Assembly (NCBI RefSeq): GCF_001447785.1
Contig: NW_015168093.1
Span: 192,032 to 256,031 of the forward strand
Direction of reading: 5' to 3'
Source of the DNA: Gekko japonicus
Lineage: Eukaryota
Length of the DNA stretch: 64,000 nucleotides
Shown here: one piece after another, positions 12,509 to 26,138 of the stretch
Layout: every line of letters starts with the position of its first letter
Numbering within the stretch: the first letter of the stretch is position 1
Made by a program: the position numbers and the translations under genes
Notes under the pieces: model-generated
Databases searched by the model: none
The model's input: only the letters and a program-made list of their open reading frames with translations
What the model was told of the DNA's origin: nothing

Positions 12509-15500
12509 TAGGGATGTGCAAAAAAAAAAATTCGGTAAAATTCGGATTCGGGTTTATTGGACCCGAATTTTTTCGGGAAACCCGAAAAAACCCGAATATC
12601 TATACCAGTAAAGCATAGATATCCGAAAATTTTCGGGAATCCCGAAAAATTCGGGTCCATTGTAACCAATGGGGCCATTGAAGTCAATGGCAAAAATCCT
12701 CTTGAAACTTTGCGGGGGGCTGGGGGGGAGGGGGTTTGGGGTAGAGGCTCCAAACTTGGAGGGTGCTCACTGGAACCTCTTCCCAACATGCCCACCAAGT
12801 TTCAAGGCGATTGGACAAGGGGGTACAATTTTATGGCCCCCCAAACAGGTTGCCCCCAGATCAGCCTTCTGCAGTTTATTCCCGGTTTGCCGCCGAAATT
12901 CGGCGGCAATTCGGCAACATTGTATCATATGGCCCTTGGAGTTGGAGGCTCCAAACTTGGAGGGTGGTTACTAGAACCTCTCCCCAACACACCCTCCAAG
13001 TTTCATGAAGATTGGACCAGGGGGTCCAATTCTATGGGCCCCCAAACAGGTTGCCCCCATCCCATTGTTCTCTATGGTGGGAAAAAATGTAATTTTTTTC
13101 CCACCATAGAGAACAATGGAGGGATGGGGGCAAACTGTTTGGGGGAGTGTGCTGCGTGTTGCAATTTCAAACTGTACATTGCCAGACCAGCCAGCCACAC
13201 TGCAGCAGAACCATACAAGTGCCCCCCCACCTGCGCTACCAAACTGGGTGCCCAAAACCCCAAAACTACAACTTAGCTCAAACCAAAGAATCTCTCTACA
13301 GTAGCAGCAGCACTAGCATGTGCATTGTGCCAGACAGGCCCAGCAGAAGAAACAACCAGAGCAATCTGCCACCTGTGCCAGGCCAGCCAGGTTGCCAATT
13401 GCCAGTCAGTGCCCCAAAACCAGAACTAGGTCAAACCAGAGAATCTTTCAAGACAGCAGCAGCAGCCACTAGCCCACTACAGGGAGCAAGTGCATGCCAG
13501 CCAGGCCCCAGCAGCAGAAGAACCAGAGCAATCTGCCACCTGTGCCAGGCCAGCCAGGTTGCCAATTGCCAGTCAGTGCCCCAAAACCAGAACTAGGTCA
13601 AACCAGAGAATCTCTCCAGACAGCAGCAGCAGCCACTACAGACTGAGGGAGCAAGTGCATGCCAGCCAGCCAGGCCCAGCAGCAGAAGAACCAGAGCAAT
13701 CTGCCACCTGTGCCAGGCCAGCCAGGTTGCCATGCCAGTCAGTGCCCCAAAACCAGAACTAGGTCAAACCAGAGAATCTCTCCAGACTGCACTGGAGCGG
13801 CAGCACACAGGCTGAGGGAGCATGTATGTGCATCGCCAATGCCAATGCCAGCCAGCCAGGCCCAGCAGCAGAACCAGTCCACCACAAGTGTGCCAATGTG
13901 CCAGTGCCCAAAAAACCCCAAAAGCAAAACAATCTCTCCCCTCTGCAGTGGCAGCGGCCTACATAGGGGAGCATGTTTGCTAATCGCAGCCATGCCCAGC
14001 TGCAGAACCAGAGCAATCTCAACTTCCCCCCATCAACCTCTGTGCCCAGCAATGCAGGAGATTCACACAGAGACGTCTCCCTTACAACCCCAGAGGCCCA
14101 GAGGCCCCTCCTCCATGACCAGAAGCGCTATTTGCCTAGCCTGCTTTGGAAATCCAAAGGTGGGCTGCCGAGAGGCTGAAAAGGAGTTGGGAACTTGGGA
14201 GTCGGGCTTGGTCCCCTGTTCAGGGCAGGGGACAGCAGCAGAACCTGTGCACTGCACGCCCCTCCCCCAACCACACCCAGCCCGCCTGCTCCATGGCCAG
14301 GAGAGACTGTAAGGAGAGATGACTACTAGTCCGCTCCGCTTTGGAAATCCAAAGGTGGCCACTGGCCACAGGCTAAAAAAGGATTGTTACCATTGACCAA
14401 CCCCCCACTCTCAACAATTTGCCCAAAACCTCCTGCATTGCTGGGAACGGGGCGGGGAGACCCACAAGCCAGCCGCTGTGTGGCTCGGGATGTTTTTGCC
14501 TGCCTGCCCCTGCCCGGTGGGGGTGGAGCTATCTTACTTCCTTGCTGCCACCTTCCTAGAGGTAGCATACGTGGGACCCCTCTGGATGATTCCCCAACCT
14601 GGGAATCATCCTATCTCAATCTTTGGGCACCACCTGGAGAGTTGGCAGCCACTCTAATTTGGGGGCATCTGGGTTCCTCTGGCCTCCCTTTGCCTCTCTT
14701 CAGGTGCGCTGAGTGGGGATTCGCACGCACACCCCTAGTGATTGCTCACGTCACTTGCACAGGCCCTGCCTGCCCCCCCCTTCATTTATACTGCAGAAAT
14801 CCTCAGGTTTGGACTGAGTCCAGTAAGTTGGGTGACTGGCACAGAGGTTGTTGGGGGGAAGTTGAGATTGCTCTGGTTCTGCAGCTGGGCATGGCTGCCA
14901 TTAGCAAACATGCTCCCCTATGTAGGCCGCTGCCACTGCAGAGGGGAGAGATTGTTTTGCTTTTGGGGTTTTTTGGGCACTGGCACATTGGCACACTTGT
15001 GGTGGACTGGTTCTGCTGCTGGGCCTGGCTGGCTGGCATTGGCATTGGCGATGCACATACATGCTCCCTCAGCCTGTGTGCTGCCGCTCCAGTGCAGTCT
15101 GGAGAGATTCTCTGGTTTGACCTAGTTCTGGTTTTGGGGCACTGACTGGCATGGCAACCTGGCTGGCCTGGCACAGGTGGCAGATTGCTCTTGTTCTTCT
15201 GTTGCAATGCTGGGGCCTGGCTGGCATGCACTTGCTTGCTCCCTCAGTCTGTGGGCTGCTGCTGCTGTCTGCAGAAATTCTCTGGTTTGCACCAAGTTGG
15301 TCTGGGCACTGATTGGTTGCACCTTGGCACAGGTTGTGGGGGGGGCAGATTGCTCTGGTCCTGCTGCTGGGCCTGTCTGGCTGGCATTGGCAATGGACAG
15401 ACATGCTACCTCAGTGCTGCTGCTGTAGAGAGATTCTTTGGTTTGAGCCAAGTTGTGTTGGTTTTGGGGTTTTGGGCACCCAGTTTGGCGGCACAGGTTG

Positions 15501-16209
15501 TGGGGGGGCACTTGTATGGTTCTTCTCTGCTGCAGTGTGGCTGGGGCTGGCTGGTCTGGCAAAAGTTTGCAAACATGCTGTCCAAAACAGTTTGCCCCCA
15601 TCCCTCCATTGATCTCTATGGTGGGGAAAAACGTAATTTTTTTCCCACCATAGAGAACAATGGGATGGGGGCAACCTGTTTGGGGGCCCATAGAATTGGA
15701 CCCCCTGGTCCAATCTTCATGAAACTTGGTGGGTATGTAGGGGAGAGGTTCTAGTAACCACCCTCCAAGTTTGGAGCTTACCCACTCCAAGGTCCATAGG
15801 ATACAATGTTGCCGAATTGCCGCCGAATTTCGGCGGCAAACCGCGAATAAACTGCAGCAAGCTGATCTGGGGGCAACCTGTTTGGGGGCCCATAAAATTG
15901 TACCCCCTGGTCCAATCGTCTTGAAACTTGGTGGGTATGTTGGGGAGAGGTTCCAGTAAGCACGCTCCAAGTTTGGAGCCTCTACCCCAAACCCCCTCCC
16001 CCCCAGCCCCCCGCAAAGTTCCAAGAGGATTTTTGCCATTGACTTCAATGGCCCCATTGGTTATAATGGACCCGAATTTTTCGGGAATTTTTTTCGGGAT
16101 TCGGACAAGCTCATAAATTGCTAATTCGGGATCCCAAAAGCCGAAAAAAGCCGAAAATCGTTATTTTCGGCTTTTTTTTCGGTTCGGGATCCCGAAATGC
16201 ACATCCCTA
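12509..16209. mobile_element. 3.7-kb non-autonomous hAT with fold-back internal structure
   Basis: TIRs tagggatgtgca...tgcacatcccta; perfect 8-bp TSD aactcaat; arms about 12640-14047 and 14836-16086 are inverted. Confidence 0.92.
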
Positions 16210-16627
16210 AACTCAATATTACCAAGGCATATGTAGATAGGATCAGGTCTTCCACTTCCAGGACTGGCCACAACTGTCAAACCAGCCTAAGCATGAGAAA
16301 CCGGACGTGGGAACCTCTATTTCATCTTCTGCACAGTACCACATTGGGACTGCACTTGTGCAGGCTAGCCACCAGAGGTTTTCTTCCAGCATTTTATAGA
16401 GCTTAGAAACACTCTGGAGGAGCCCCTCCCCTTCGAAGTGTCTCAGGGACCTCTAATGGTCACATGTGCCGAAGGGAGGGGTTCTCCCTTTCCCTCTGTT
16501 CTTTCTTTGCTGCTGTGTTGAGAGGTCAGGATCTAGGAGCACCCCTAAACTGCAGTCTTCTTCCTTCATAGGGAGTGCTACCCCAACCAGAGTAGGCTGT
16601 AATCCTGTTCCTGGTTACGCTTTACAC

Positions 16628-16968
16628 CAGGGGTCCCCAACCTGGTGTCTGTGTGTGTCATGGAACCCACCAACACCTTTTCTGGTTCCTGCCAAGTGTT
16701 TATAGGAACTGGGTGGGTCCAGGTAGGGTTTTTGCCCAGCAAGGCTTCTGACTGACTGCTGGAAATTTGATTGGCTGTGCAGATTTTTAAAAATGTTACT
16801 TTGGCGGCAGCTGCCACCACAGCATAAGGATCTACGAAGCATTACTGAAGTTAAGCTGTGGCAATCTTTTTGTCACTGTCTCCTTCTCCTGTGGCATCTG
16901 TGGCAGCCATTTTGTTTGTGCACCCACCATGCTGCATCAGAATTCCACATGTGCCCGCAGGCTCAAAA
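16628..16968. mobile_element. hAT-Charlie-like MITE fragment
   Basis: Starts caggggtccccaacc; right end not found. Confidence 0.45.
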
Positions 16969-17329
16969 ATTATACCATCTTGTATGCATTATTTCAGTAA
17001 GCCCTTCACCATCTCCAGACACTGTTTTAGGGTTGCTGTTGCCTTCCTGGATTCATATAGAAAGGGGAAATAGAACTATGTGTCATGACACTGTATTCCC
17101 AACGTCTTGATGACCTCTCCCAGTGGTTTTGTGTAGACGTTAACAAGCACAGGAGACAAGAGGGAACCCTACTGTACATTATAAGTCAAAAGGCAGAGAA
17201 GTAGCCTCAGTATTATCACCTTCTGAGATCTCTGAGCCAGATAGGACCGCCATTACTGCACAATAGTTCTACCCAAGCCCACCTGAGCCCATCATCTCAG
17301 AAGTATACTTAGATCAATGGTATCAAAAG

Positions 17330-17753
17330 TAGGGGTGTGTGCTCGGTATATAAATGCTTCAGTTCAGTTCTAATCTGTATTCAGCTCAGTACCCAAAAAA
17401 TACCGATAAGGTATTTATTCAGTTGAATACAGATTAGACAATCTGATTCGGCTACAGAAATAGCCATGCCTGAACAAAAGCCAATATTATTTGGCTTTTA
17501 TTTAGGTGCAGCTAAATGCATTCAGTTCACTTGACAGCACAACTCAGTGAGTGAAATTCTCCATTATACGCTATGGGGATGGTCTCCATGGGGTGTAATG
17601 GAGCTGAATAAATTTGGGTTTCTTCAATATTTACCTGAATACCAATACAATACCAATACTGGTATTCGGAAATATTTGGGAATACTGATTTGTTTTTGGG
17701 ATCCAATAGACACAAATCGAGAGGGGAAATGATTTTTTTTCTGCACATCCCTA
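17330..17753. mobile_element. Non-autonomous hAT
   Basis: taggggtgtg...gcacatcccta; TSD atcaaaag/ctcaaaag. Confidence 0.82.
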
Positions 17754-18433
17754 CTCAAAAGCTGTGGAGAGGTCCAGGTGCGCCACCAGGGATGCACCCA
17801 CCCCCCTCGGTCAACTGCCCAGTGAATGACATTGGGCAGGGTGATTAAGGCAGTTTTATAACCTGGAATTGAAATGGAGCTAGAGGATAACCAGTGTCAT
17901 TCAGAAAACTCTGAATTTCCACTGTGACAAACTGAAAGCAGAAGTATGCCACCATATTTCCACCTTGTTTCCTGATTAAATTGAATGCAGAAGTTATAGC
18001 TCCATACCACCAGCAACTTGTTACATGACCAGGCCCTGGAATTTTGATGTTTTAGCACCATACTCTCTGCTACCCTGGGCCAGCCTCCAAATTGTCTATT
18101 CTCTCTATTGTTCTATCCCTGATCATAGCAACTATCAACATTTTTCCTATTGATAGCTCAAGATGGGTAGCCATGTTAGTTTGTCTGTAGTACTAGAAAA
18201 GAGCAAGACACTGATAGCACCTTAAAGGCTAACAAAATTTGTGGCAGGGTATGAGCTTTCACGAGTCACAGCTGAAAAAGTGAGCTATGACTCATGAAAG
18301 CTGATAACCCTGCTACAAATTCTTCCTACTGGTTTGTAGAAGAGGCTTTCTGGTTCTAGGGTATGCTGTGCTGTGCAAGAGTTGTGGTTGGGATTTCATA
18401 GAGGTTCAGAGCTCATTTTGGTTGTCTTTCTAG

Positions 18434-18487
18434 GGTCCTCCTGGACATGGTGATGGAACAGTGCTGAATGGAGAACCAGGCAACCCT
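18434..18487 (+). CDS. COL7A1: Exon, 54 nt: GPPGHGDGTVLNGEPGNP
   Basis: ttctag / gtaagt. Confidence 0.92.
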
Positions 18488-18994
18488 GTAAGTGTATCCT
18501 TTATCATGTTTTGGCTAGGAATACTGCAGAAGGGATAAGAGTATATAGGGAAAGGCAGCAGCTGTAGATGTGGGCATGGCACTACTTGAGAAACACTGGG
18601 ATGAATAAGAAAAGAAGCGTATGGAGGTGAGGATACAATAAAATGATACCTACCTACCTGGCTTCAGAGGGTAGCCACGTTGGTCTGCAATAGAAGAGCC
18701 ATATTGGAGACCAGTATTACCTTAGAGCCCAACAAGATTTTCGGGGTATAAGCTTTCAACAGCCAAAGCTCCTTTATCAGACCATACCATTCACTAATCA
18801 GCTAATACTCCCAGACATTACCCTCACCCATGTAGTGGATGGTAAAAGTTGTTGAAGACAATAATACCGGGATTCAAGCGGCGGATTGTTAGCTCATGTT
18901 TTGCCAAACATGAGAATTTGCTACATGTGGTGCAAATTCTGAAAAATTATAATTGGTCTACATCTGGTTCCATCATCTGTATTTTACTCTCCAG

Positions 18995-19057
18995 GGTATA
19001 CCTGGTGATCCTGGACCTAGAGGACCTCCTGGGCTTCCAGGACAAAAAGGAGACAAG
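18995..19057 (+). CDS. COL7A1: Exon, 63 nt: GIPGDPGPRGPPGLPGQKGDK
   Basis: ctccag / gtgaga. Confidence 0.93.
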
Positions 19058-19265
19058 GTGAGAAAATAATGGGAGCTTGCTGTTCTGCTTCATTTCTATA
19101 AAGACATTTCTGTGGGGCCATGAATCAAGGTTGTGCAGACCCAAATGAATTTGGGCTGTAGGTAGTGGTGCAGGCTTTGTATCCTTCTGCTTTCTCCAGG
19201 GTTGTTTTTTTGGTCTATGGCTTTGGTTTTTTGTGGGCATCTTCTAATTTGCTTTGTGCCTATAG

Positions 19266-19325
19266 GGGGATGGAGAAGAAGGTTTTCCTGGACTACCTGG
19301 CCGCCCAGGAGACCCAGGAGATCGG
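19266..19325 (+). CDS. COL7A1: Exon, 60 nt: GDGEEGFPGLPGRPGDPGDR
   Basis: ctatag / gtgagt. Confidence 0.93.
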
Positions 19326-20499
19326 GTGAGTCTGTCTTCTTCTAGTGAGAGACAACCTGAAGGTTTAGAATAGAATCTATGAAATCCAAGCCAGTTCTTT
19401 TATCTGCAATTGGGGCAACCTTATAAAAGAAACAAACTGCTCATTCTAAACTGTTTTCTCCAGAGACTGGAGTCTTTAAATCAGCCAGGCTGTTCCTTAG
19501 GTGCAATAGTGAAGAGAAAAGTCCATTCCAAGGGCTATTTAGCTGGCGCAGCTGCATATTCCCTACCATGAAAGTTGAGTTCCCGCCCACTTTTTAGCCA
19601 TCTATTTTGACCAACTAAAAGGGTCACAATGCCCCTTTCACAAGAAGACACACACCCCCAGGCTCAAATGCAAAAAGAAAGTCTGAAGATTAGCCCAAAA
19701 ATAACAGCTTAGGCTTGTTTTGATCCCAGTCTTCTTGAAGATGCATGACTGTTTTGAGAGCCTGTGCAAATGGGAACTCTGTTCATGTTGTCTATGCAGT
19801 CCCACATGTGGGGTTTGCACCAGTGCAGAACAGCTTGGGAAATTTCCTAAACGCCTAAATTCAAAACGCTCAAACCCCCTTTCTATAGGATATCATGCCA
19901 CGGCCTGCTGAAAGCGGAGGGGCAAGTGCCTTCTCACTCACTTATCTTTTGACTGCTATACCATTAGCATCTCCGCATTTACACGCCAAGAGAATTACCT
20001 CCATTGCTTTAGCTTTTTATTCTCTTTTTCTTTCATCTTTAGGCAAAATTAACCCTCAACAGTTCAGTCATTTTCCTTTTTGGACATTGTCTTTGGGGTT
20101 TCTTTCTGTATGTTTTCCCCATGCTGTATCTGACACAGTGGCCTTTCTTTAAGCACTGCTGTATTTGCAGAGGCAGAGGTTATTGACTGTCAGTACCTCT
20201 TTCTCTTGTGCTTGGGCAAAGCACACAATATTCATTTTCGCATATAGTTGATTAACCAAACAGGCAAGGAGGAACAGAGTCTACAAGCTTTGTTCCATCT
20301 TATGGAATGAATTACTTAAACTGACTATTTGTAATACTTATAATCCTGCTTTATCACATTAGACTCAAAGTGGCTAGCAAAGCAGTATATAAAAACCAAA
20401 GTAACAGTCCACCAACAAAAAACAACTCATAAATTAAGAACACAACCAGTTTTACCAAAACAGTTTCCGCTGAATGCCCTTAGAAATAAAACCATTTGT

Positions 20500-20998
20500 G
20501 GCCCCGGTCACACGGAGCATTAGGCACGCTAGAGAGATGGAAGATAGGCGGATTTTCCGAGCGCGAGCTCATCTGGGAAGCGTAGAGCTCCCGTGGCGCA
20601 CCCGAGGCTTCTCGCCGAAGATGCGAGGTAAAGAACTAGTACCTCGGAGGTACCAGTTTCCGGAAACTGCGGGGCAAGGGTGGGCGTCTGATTGCATTTC
20701 CGGTGGTAGTTCCGGCGCCCGCCCATGTCCCCTCGCAAAAAGGTTTTCCCCCCCAAGTCTCCACGGATGCGCACAAGCACCCAACAGAGCATGCACATAT
20801 TTCAGTTTTTTTTAAAAAAACACAACCCGTTTGCCGCTCCGCTTCTTTGCCGCGTCGTGTGATCGGCACCTCCCCCCTAACCACGGGAGATCGACAGGAC
20901 CTCAACCCGATGCCTGATCGCGCAGTCGCACGTTAGTTTGCTGCGGGGCAAACAGCCATGCCTCCCCCCCGCATTTTCCTGCCCGTGTGGCCGAGGCC
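20500..20998. mobile_element. CpG-rich MITE, PIF/Harbinger-like
   Basis: 16-bp imperfect TIR ggccccggtcacacgg / ccgtgtggccgaggcc; no clear TSD. Confidence 0.55.
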
Positions 20999-22215
20999 TC
21001 AGACATGTTACTGAATGTAGAAAGTGAAGGGTTCCCCCATACCCACTCTGGTAAGTCAGTGGACTGGATCTGCCACAGAAAAATGTCTCTTATGGTGCTG
21101 CTGACACTGACACAAATAGAGCATCAGCCTTCAACACTATGTCCCACTGGTGTAGGGGGTTCTGATGTTAGTTGCCATATTTCACTCTTGGACTACAACA
21201 AGATACTGTCAATCTATGCCTTTATCTTTGTAGTTGATAACAAGGCACTGGGACCTGTACCTCTGTCTGTGCAGAAGGGCCCATGTTCAGTTACTGGCAT
21301 TCCAGTTACAAAGATCAGGTAGAATCTGATGGGTAGCCGTGTTGGTGTGAAGCAGCAGAACAAATCCAGTGGCACCTTGAAGACCAACAGAGATTTATTG
21401 CTTTCGTTTTCACAAATGAAGAAGAATAAAACCTTGTTCGTCTTAAATGTGCTACTGGACTCAAAAGATCAGGTAGTAAGTGAAAGTCCTCTGCGCTGGA
21501 GAACTGCCGTTGGTCAGAGTAGACAACACGGACCTTGGTAGACCAATGGTCTGTCTCAGCATAAGACAGCATCATGTGTTGAAGACAACCTGTAAGTGTT
21601 GCAAGGGTTCTGAATCCCAAGATCATTTCAAATCACTGGGAAAACTGAACGGGGAAAGAACTTCAGTTCTAGCTGTTTCTCTAAAGTAACAGAAATCCCA
21701 GTCTACGTAACGGCCTCATTTCTGTTAACTATCCCTCTTGGCAAAGGTCTTGACACTGTCACTTTCACCTTCATTCCAACTATCTCTGGCTGAACTCCTT
21801 TTTTCTGTATTTGTTTGGATTCTTTCAATCAGCAGTAGTACTTTAAAAATTGCAAAGGTGACCCCACTCCCGTCCCAGCTGAAATTAGAAACTTCTGTAG
21901 CCTTCAGAACAGGGGGATGGGAAGAATTCAACCTCCGTCTAATCTGCTTTAACAGAAGGAACCTTCAGAAGTAGGACTGATGTTCTGTTTCATACGATGC
22001 TCTGCATTCATTTAATATACTGAAACACACAAAAGACACAACATACTCCTTTCCATTTCTAATTTGCATCTCTAATTATTTTTTTATAATCTTGACCTGC
22101 TTGCTCACTCTTCTACACTTGGTGGCTGTCTGAAGAAGTGATAACAAATGTTGTTGATGAATTTCATGGAAACCTCAGCAAACTCCTCATTGAAATGAAA
22201 GTGTTCTTACTTTAG

Positions 22216-22251
22216 GGCCCTAGAGGACCTCCAGGTGAACAAGGAAGCAAG
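22216..22251 (+). CDS. COL7A1: Exon, 36 nt: GPRGPPGEQGSK
   Basis: ctttag / gtgggt. Confidence 0.92.
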
Positions 22252-23028
22252 GTGGGTGCTGATGAATCTTCAGTCTGAAGCAACCCTGCTTGTGAAGCTT
22301 AGAAATTAGAATCTCACCTAGAAATCAGGATTCCTGCATTATGTTTCCAGTCCCTTCTGTGAGGTGCTGTTTTACTTTTCCTAGTTTACTCCAGTTGCAA
22401 AAATCCAGTATATTTTGCTTTCTGAAGTTTTAGTAGATACTTCTAGTTGATAAATGTGGCTGTTTTTAACCGAACTTCTCTGATGGTGTAACTGGCCTCT
22501 CATCTTACTGACAAATGAGGGTAAAATGTTTTTCTAGTACTCCATAATGGTTTGCTAGTGCTCTAAATCCATCTGTGACCCTTTTCACCATTAGGCTCTA
22601 GACATACTATTCACTGTTCCAAGAAACCATGATGAAAAACCATTATTTTTCAAATAAGAAGGAAATCCTTAGGAATTTATAACACCAAATTCTGCGCTTG
22701 ACAGAGATCCTGTGCTACATGGTGTAGTCCCTTTCACATGGATGTCCTGCCTATGTGCATTCAGCAGCTGTGTCCGTTGTGTTTTTCCGTTCACTGTCAT
22801 CCATACTGGGAAGAAGCTAGCTGAAGTTGGCCTACTGTAGTTATTTGATATACAGGACCACTTTTCCTTCACAAGGTTTTATGATTCAGCTACACAGTAT
22901 TGTAGTAGAGGCCAGACGTCCCGTGGTCATCTTGTAATGAGCTGTTCCATCTGCCCTTACAACCCCAGCTCTTGGTGATTCATTTGGATCATTTCATGCC
23001 ACTGACAAATCTATTCTTTATGTGACAG

Positions 23029-23073
23029 GGAGACCGTGGGCAGTCTGGTGAGGTTGGACCCTCAGGAGAGAAG
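23029..23073 (+). CDS. COL7A1: Exon, 45 nt: GDRGQSGEVGPSGEK
   Basis: tgacag / gtgaga. Confidence 0.92.
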
Positions 23074-24143
23074 GTGAGAGAATAGAGCAGATAGCTATTA
23101 TATTATGTTGCTGGTGGCAGATTCTTGTCAAGTCAAGCTTTTCTGTTAGATATGGAAGACAACGGGCAGGTTTCTTAGGCCCAGCTTACTGAGTAGAGGG
23201 TTATTTCACATAGGCATGTACATCAGTTGATGCCTCTTTGCTTTAATGCACTGCGCTTGATGACTCAATGTGACAACTGCTCCATTTCCCACGCGTTGTG
23301 ATATGAAAGCTCTGTCTGTGGTGTTTGCTCTGTGGTGTCCTTTTTTCACATGTCTATCATCACGGTGCTGCAGTCGTGTGCGTGTCTGTGTCAGCCCAAC
23401 GATAGACTATTCTGGAAGCAATCCTGAGGTAGCTTCTGAAAAAGGGGCCTGACTGCTGGTTCCGAGGTCCTGTATATAAAGGAATATGGAGTACTGATAA
23501 AATGCAGAGAGTGGGTGGTGGGATCTCTGGGGATCATGAATGATGGCGAAATGCAATGCAGAAGAGAGATAATTCCAGATCAAATACTATTGTTTATTGT
23601 TGGTCATGTATGCAGATACTGTGACTGCAAGTAGTGTTTATTGCTTTGTAAGAGAAGTTAATGCCATCAAGCCATCTCAGACTAGTAGTAATTTCAGTTT
23701 TGCTAATAATTTATGTGGTGTACCTTTCTCATAGACAAAGTAGTTATAATGACAGTAGTTACTCATGATTGCAAGTGTCCAAACTCCTATTTTCTGTTTG
23801 TTGATGGTACACTAGTAACCTAAGTGATACCTGTTTCTCTGAGTTCCTAGCGTCTTCCTAAGGATTCAAACGTTACATCCATTCTCAAAACAGAAAGGTT
23901 GGACTTAAATTGAATTTGAGCTGAGGGTTCTCAAGGATGTGCACTGGAAATAGGTTTGTGCTCAGCTTGGAATTGTTGCAGTGTGGCCGTGGAAGCCAAA
24001 CACATAACCCAGCCTCTTCTCACAGAAGCACCCCCACAAAGGAGAATGAGTATTGGCTGGTGTCAGATGACATTTTATTCAAAGCACCCAGATTCATTGA
24101 TCTCTATGAAATGTGCTTTTTCTTGTTTCTTTTTTCCTTGTAG

Positions 24144-24179
24144 GGAGAGCGTGGAGCCCCTGGCCCTGAAGGCGAGAAG
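24144..24179 (+). CDS. COL7A1: Exon, 36 nt: GERGAPGPEGEK
   Basis: ttgtag / gtacat. Confidence 0.9.
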
Positions 24180-26138
24180 GTACATTGAATCAGACTATAT
24201 CCTGAGAGAGCTTGTGTGTTCTTGTAGTTCAAGTATTGAAACAGGACAATGCAGATTTAGATTCAAATTCCTGCTCCTTGAACTAGTCAGTATATCTCAG
24301 TCTAACCTACCTCACACACTTGTCCTGACAATTTAAATACTATCCTCACATGCCTTTTTGAGGTTGGACCCTGCATGGTGATAAGGTGCCTTTGGAAATT
24401 GGTTTTCATCATCAGTGGAGAATATGAGCTTCATTGCTTGGATCACCCTCTTCCATATTAACATATCCATCAAGTTGAACATCTAAGCTCCTGTTCTGTA
24501 TGTTCCCACCTCCTGAAGTGTGGTAGGAGGGTGACAGAAACTGGGGGGTTTAATGGTGCCTTGGTTGTGAAACCTCCTTCCCTGAGAAGTTTGCCTAGCA
24601 CCTAGTCTTCTAAGTGCAAAGCAAAAACATTTTTATTTGCCCTGGCTTTCTTTTAATTGTATGTCATGATAGCCTTGCACAAATCTACTGCCAAAATTAT
24701 TCTATTGAGCTTTAAATTCCCATTGGTTTAGCAAAAGCTCTTTTATCACTGAATGGTGTTATATATGCTTATAAAATATGTTCTACTAGTCAGACAGTTT
24801 TATTCGCTTTTAAATTCTTTGTTGAAGTTTATGGAATTGTTTTATTGCTGATTGTATTTTCTTATAGTCTTAATATTCTTCTGTACTCAGCAAATTTTTC
24901 TCCTTATGTATTATTGATGCATTTTTATGTACTTTAATATTTTATAGTTTAAATTGACTTCTGTTGTACAACACCTCGGGCATTTTTTATAGAAAGGCAG
25001 CAAATTATAGTGTTATTATGTGCAGAGTTAATAAATGCAGAATCTAGACAGAAGCCAACAACTCCAGTTTCTGATGGCTAGGATAGCAGCATTCCTTGCT
25101 ATTTGTAAAATCAGAATTTGCCTCAGTTCTCCTTTTAAATGAGTAGCCTAGAGGCTGATTTGAGGATATAGGGAAGGAAAAGAGGTGGTGATGAACATGC
25201 TGAACCTTCCCTGACTGTGGCTGGGTTTGTATGTTCAGATACTATGCCAGAGATTAGGTAAATAACTGCAAAATTATGGAGGTAGAACACAATTACAAAC
25301 ACATGCCTAGAAACCCACCTGGAAGCAAAGTGGACAAGATAAGAAAGCAGAGGAAAAGCAATGGGTCGGATAAGGGTTCAGTGGAGGATGAGAAGAGGGA
25401 GCTGAACTGTTATCCACTGGTTTTCCTCTACTCCCTTCCCTGGGCCACTTTGCTTCCAGGTGGGTTTCTAGGCATGTGTTTATCACATTATGAGGGAAAA
25501 CAGCTGGCTGAAGAAAGTGTTCTTCACCATCTTCTGCCTGACATTTCTGTGCTTCAGATTGCATCTTTCCCTGGCCACTTTACAACTACTTGACAGAGTT
25601 CGGATTCCCAGTTCTGAATCTTTGTTGAATCTTTTTCTATTTATGTTGCCCATATCATGAATTGACATCTCTAAAGGAACTACTTTAGGTAATATGCTTA
25701 GCAACACCAAGTCACTAGGCTACTAAAAAAGCAGTCATGTGGCTGTTTTTCAGTTTTGTGACTACAGAAAAGGCTTACACTGAGTAGAAGAGTCTCACTG
25801 AGAAAGGTGGACTGTAAATATAGTAAATAAATGAAATGATCCGGTTCAATTGGGTTGGGAAACATTCCTAAATTCAGTCATATAAGTCCCGGGTTTGCAT
25901 AGCTCCATTGCTTTCAAGGCTAGCTGTAGGCTAGCTGAAGAAATGCAAAATTCCCTGCAGCATTGAAAATACGCCTTTGTGGACTTCCTTTGTGGACTTT
26001 CAAATGGCTCTTTCCAAGATGTTATTAGTGTTCAGGACTTGGACAAGCACTAGATGAAATTTCATAGGGGCTGTTGAGCAGTCATCAAACCATGGAGGTG
26101 CTTTTTGACAATAAGACAAGTGAAAACAGAATTAAGAA

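Larger units (their letters stand above)
12060..17850 (-). mobile_element. Old L2/CR1-clade LINE broken by nested insertions
   Basis: Minus-strand FRVLVLTFKVLNGLGPGYLK (12149-12340); RT motif LDLSTAFDTID reconstituted across the 17330-17753 insertion. Confidence 0.7.

Noticed and set aside
13340-13790. Regularly spaced repeats superficially like a CRISPR array
   Set aside because: Eukaryotic TE-internal tandem modules; intervening sequences are similar to each other, and there are no cas genes
12557-16057. Many long overlapping ORFs (up to 311 aa) on both strands
   Set aside because: By-products of a GC-rich modular inverted repeat; mirrored translations, no recognisable domain
23255-23400. 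AP-1 motif (tgactca) and GT-rich tract as an enhancer or splicing element
   Set aside because: Short motifs expected by chance; no conservation data available
24359-24388. tgaggttggaccct...aaggtg resembling the 3' half of exon 23029-23073
   Set aside because: Only a 14-nt exact match and out of frame; could arise by chance in 64 kb
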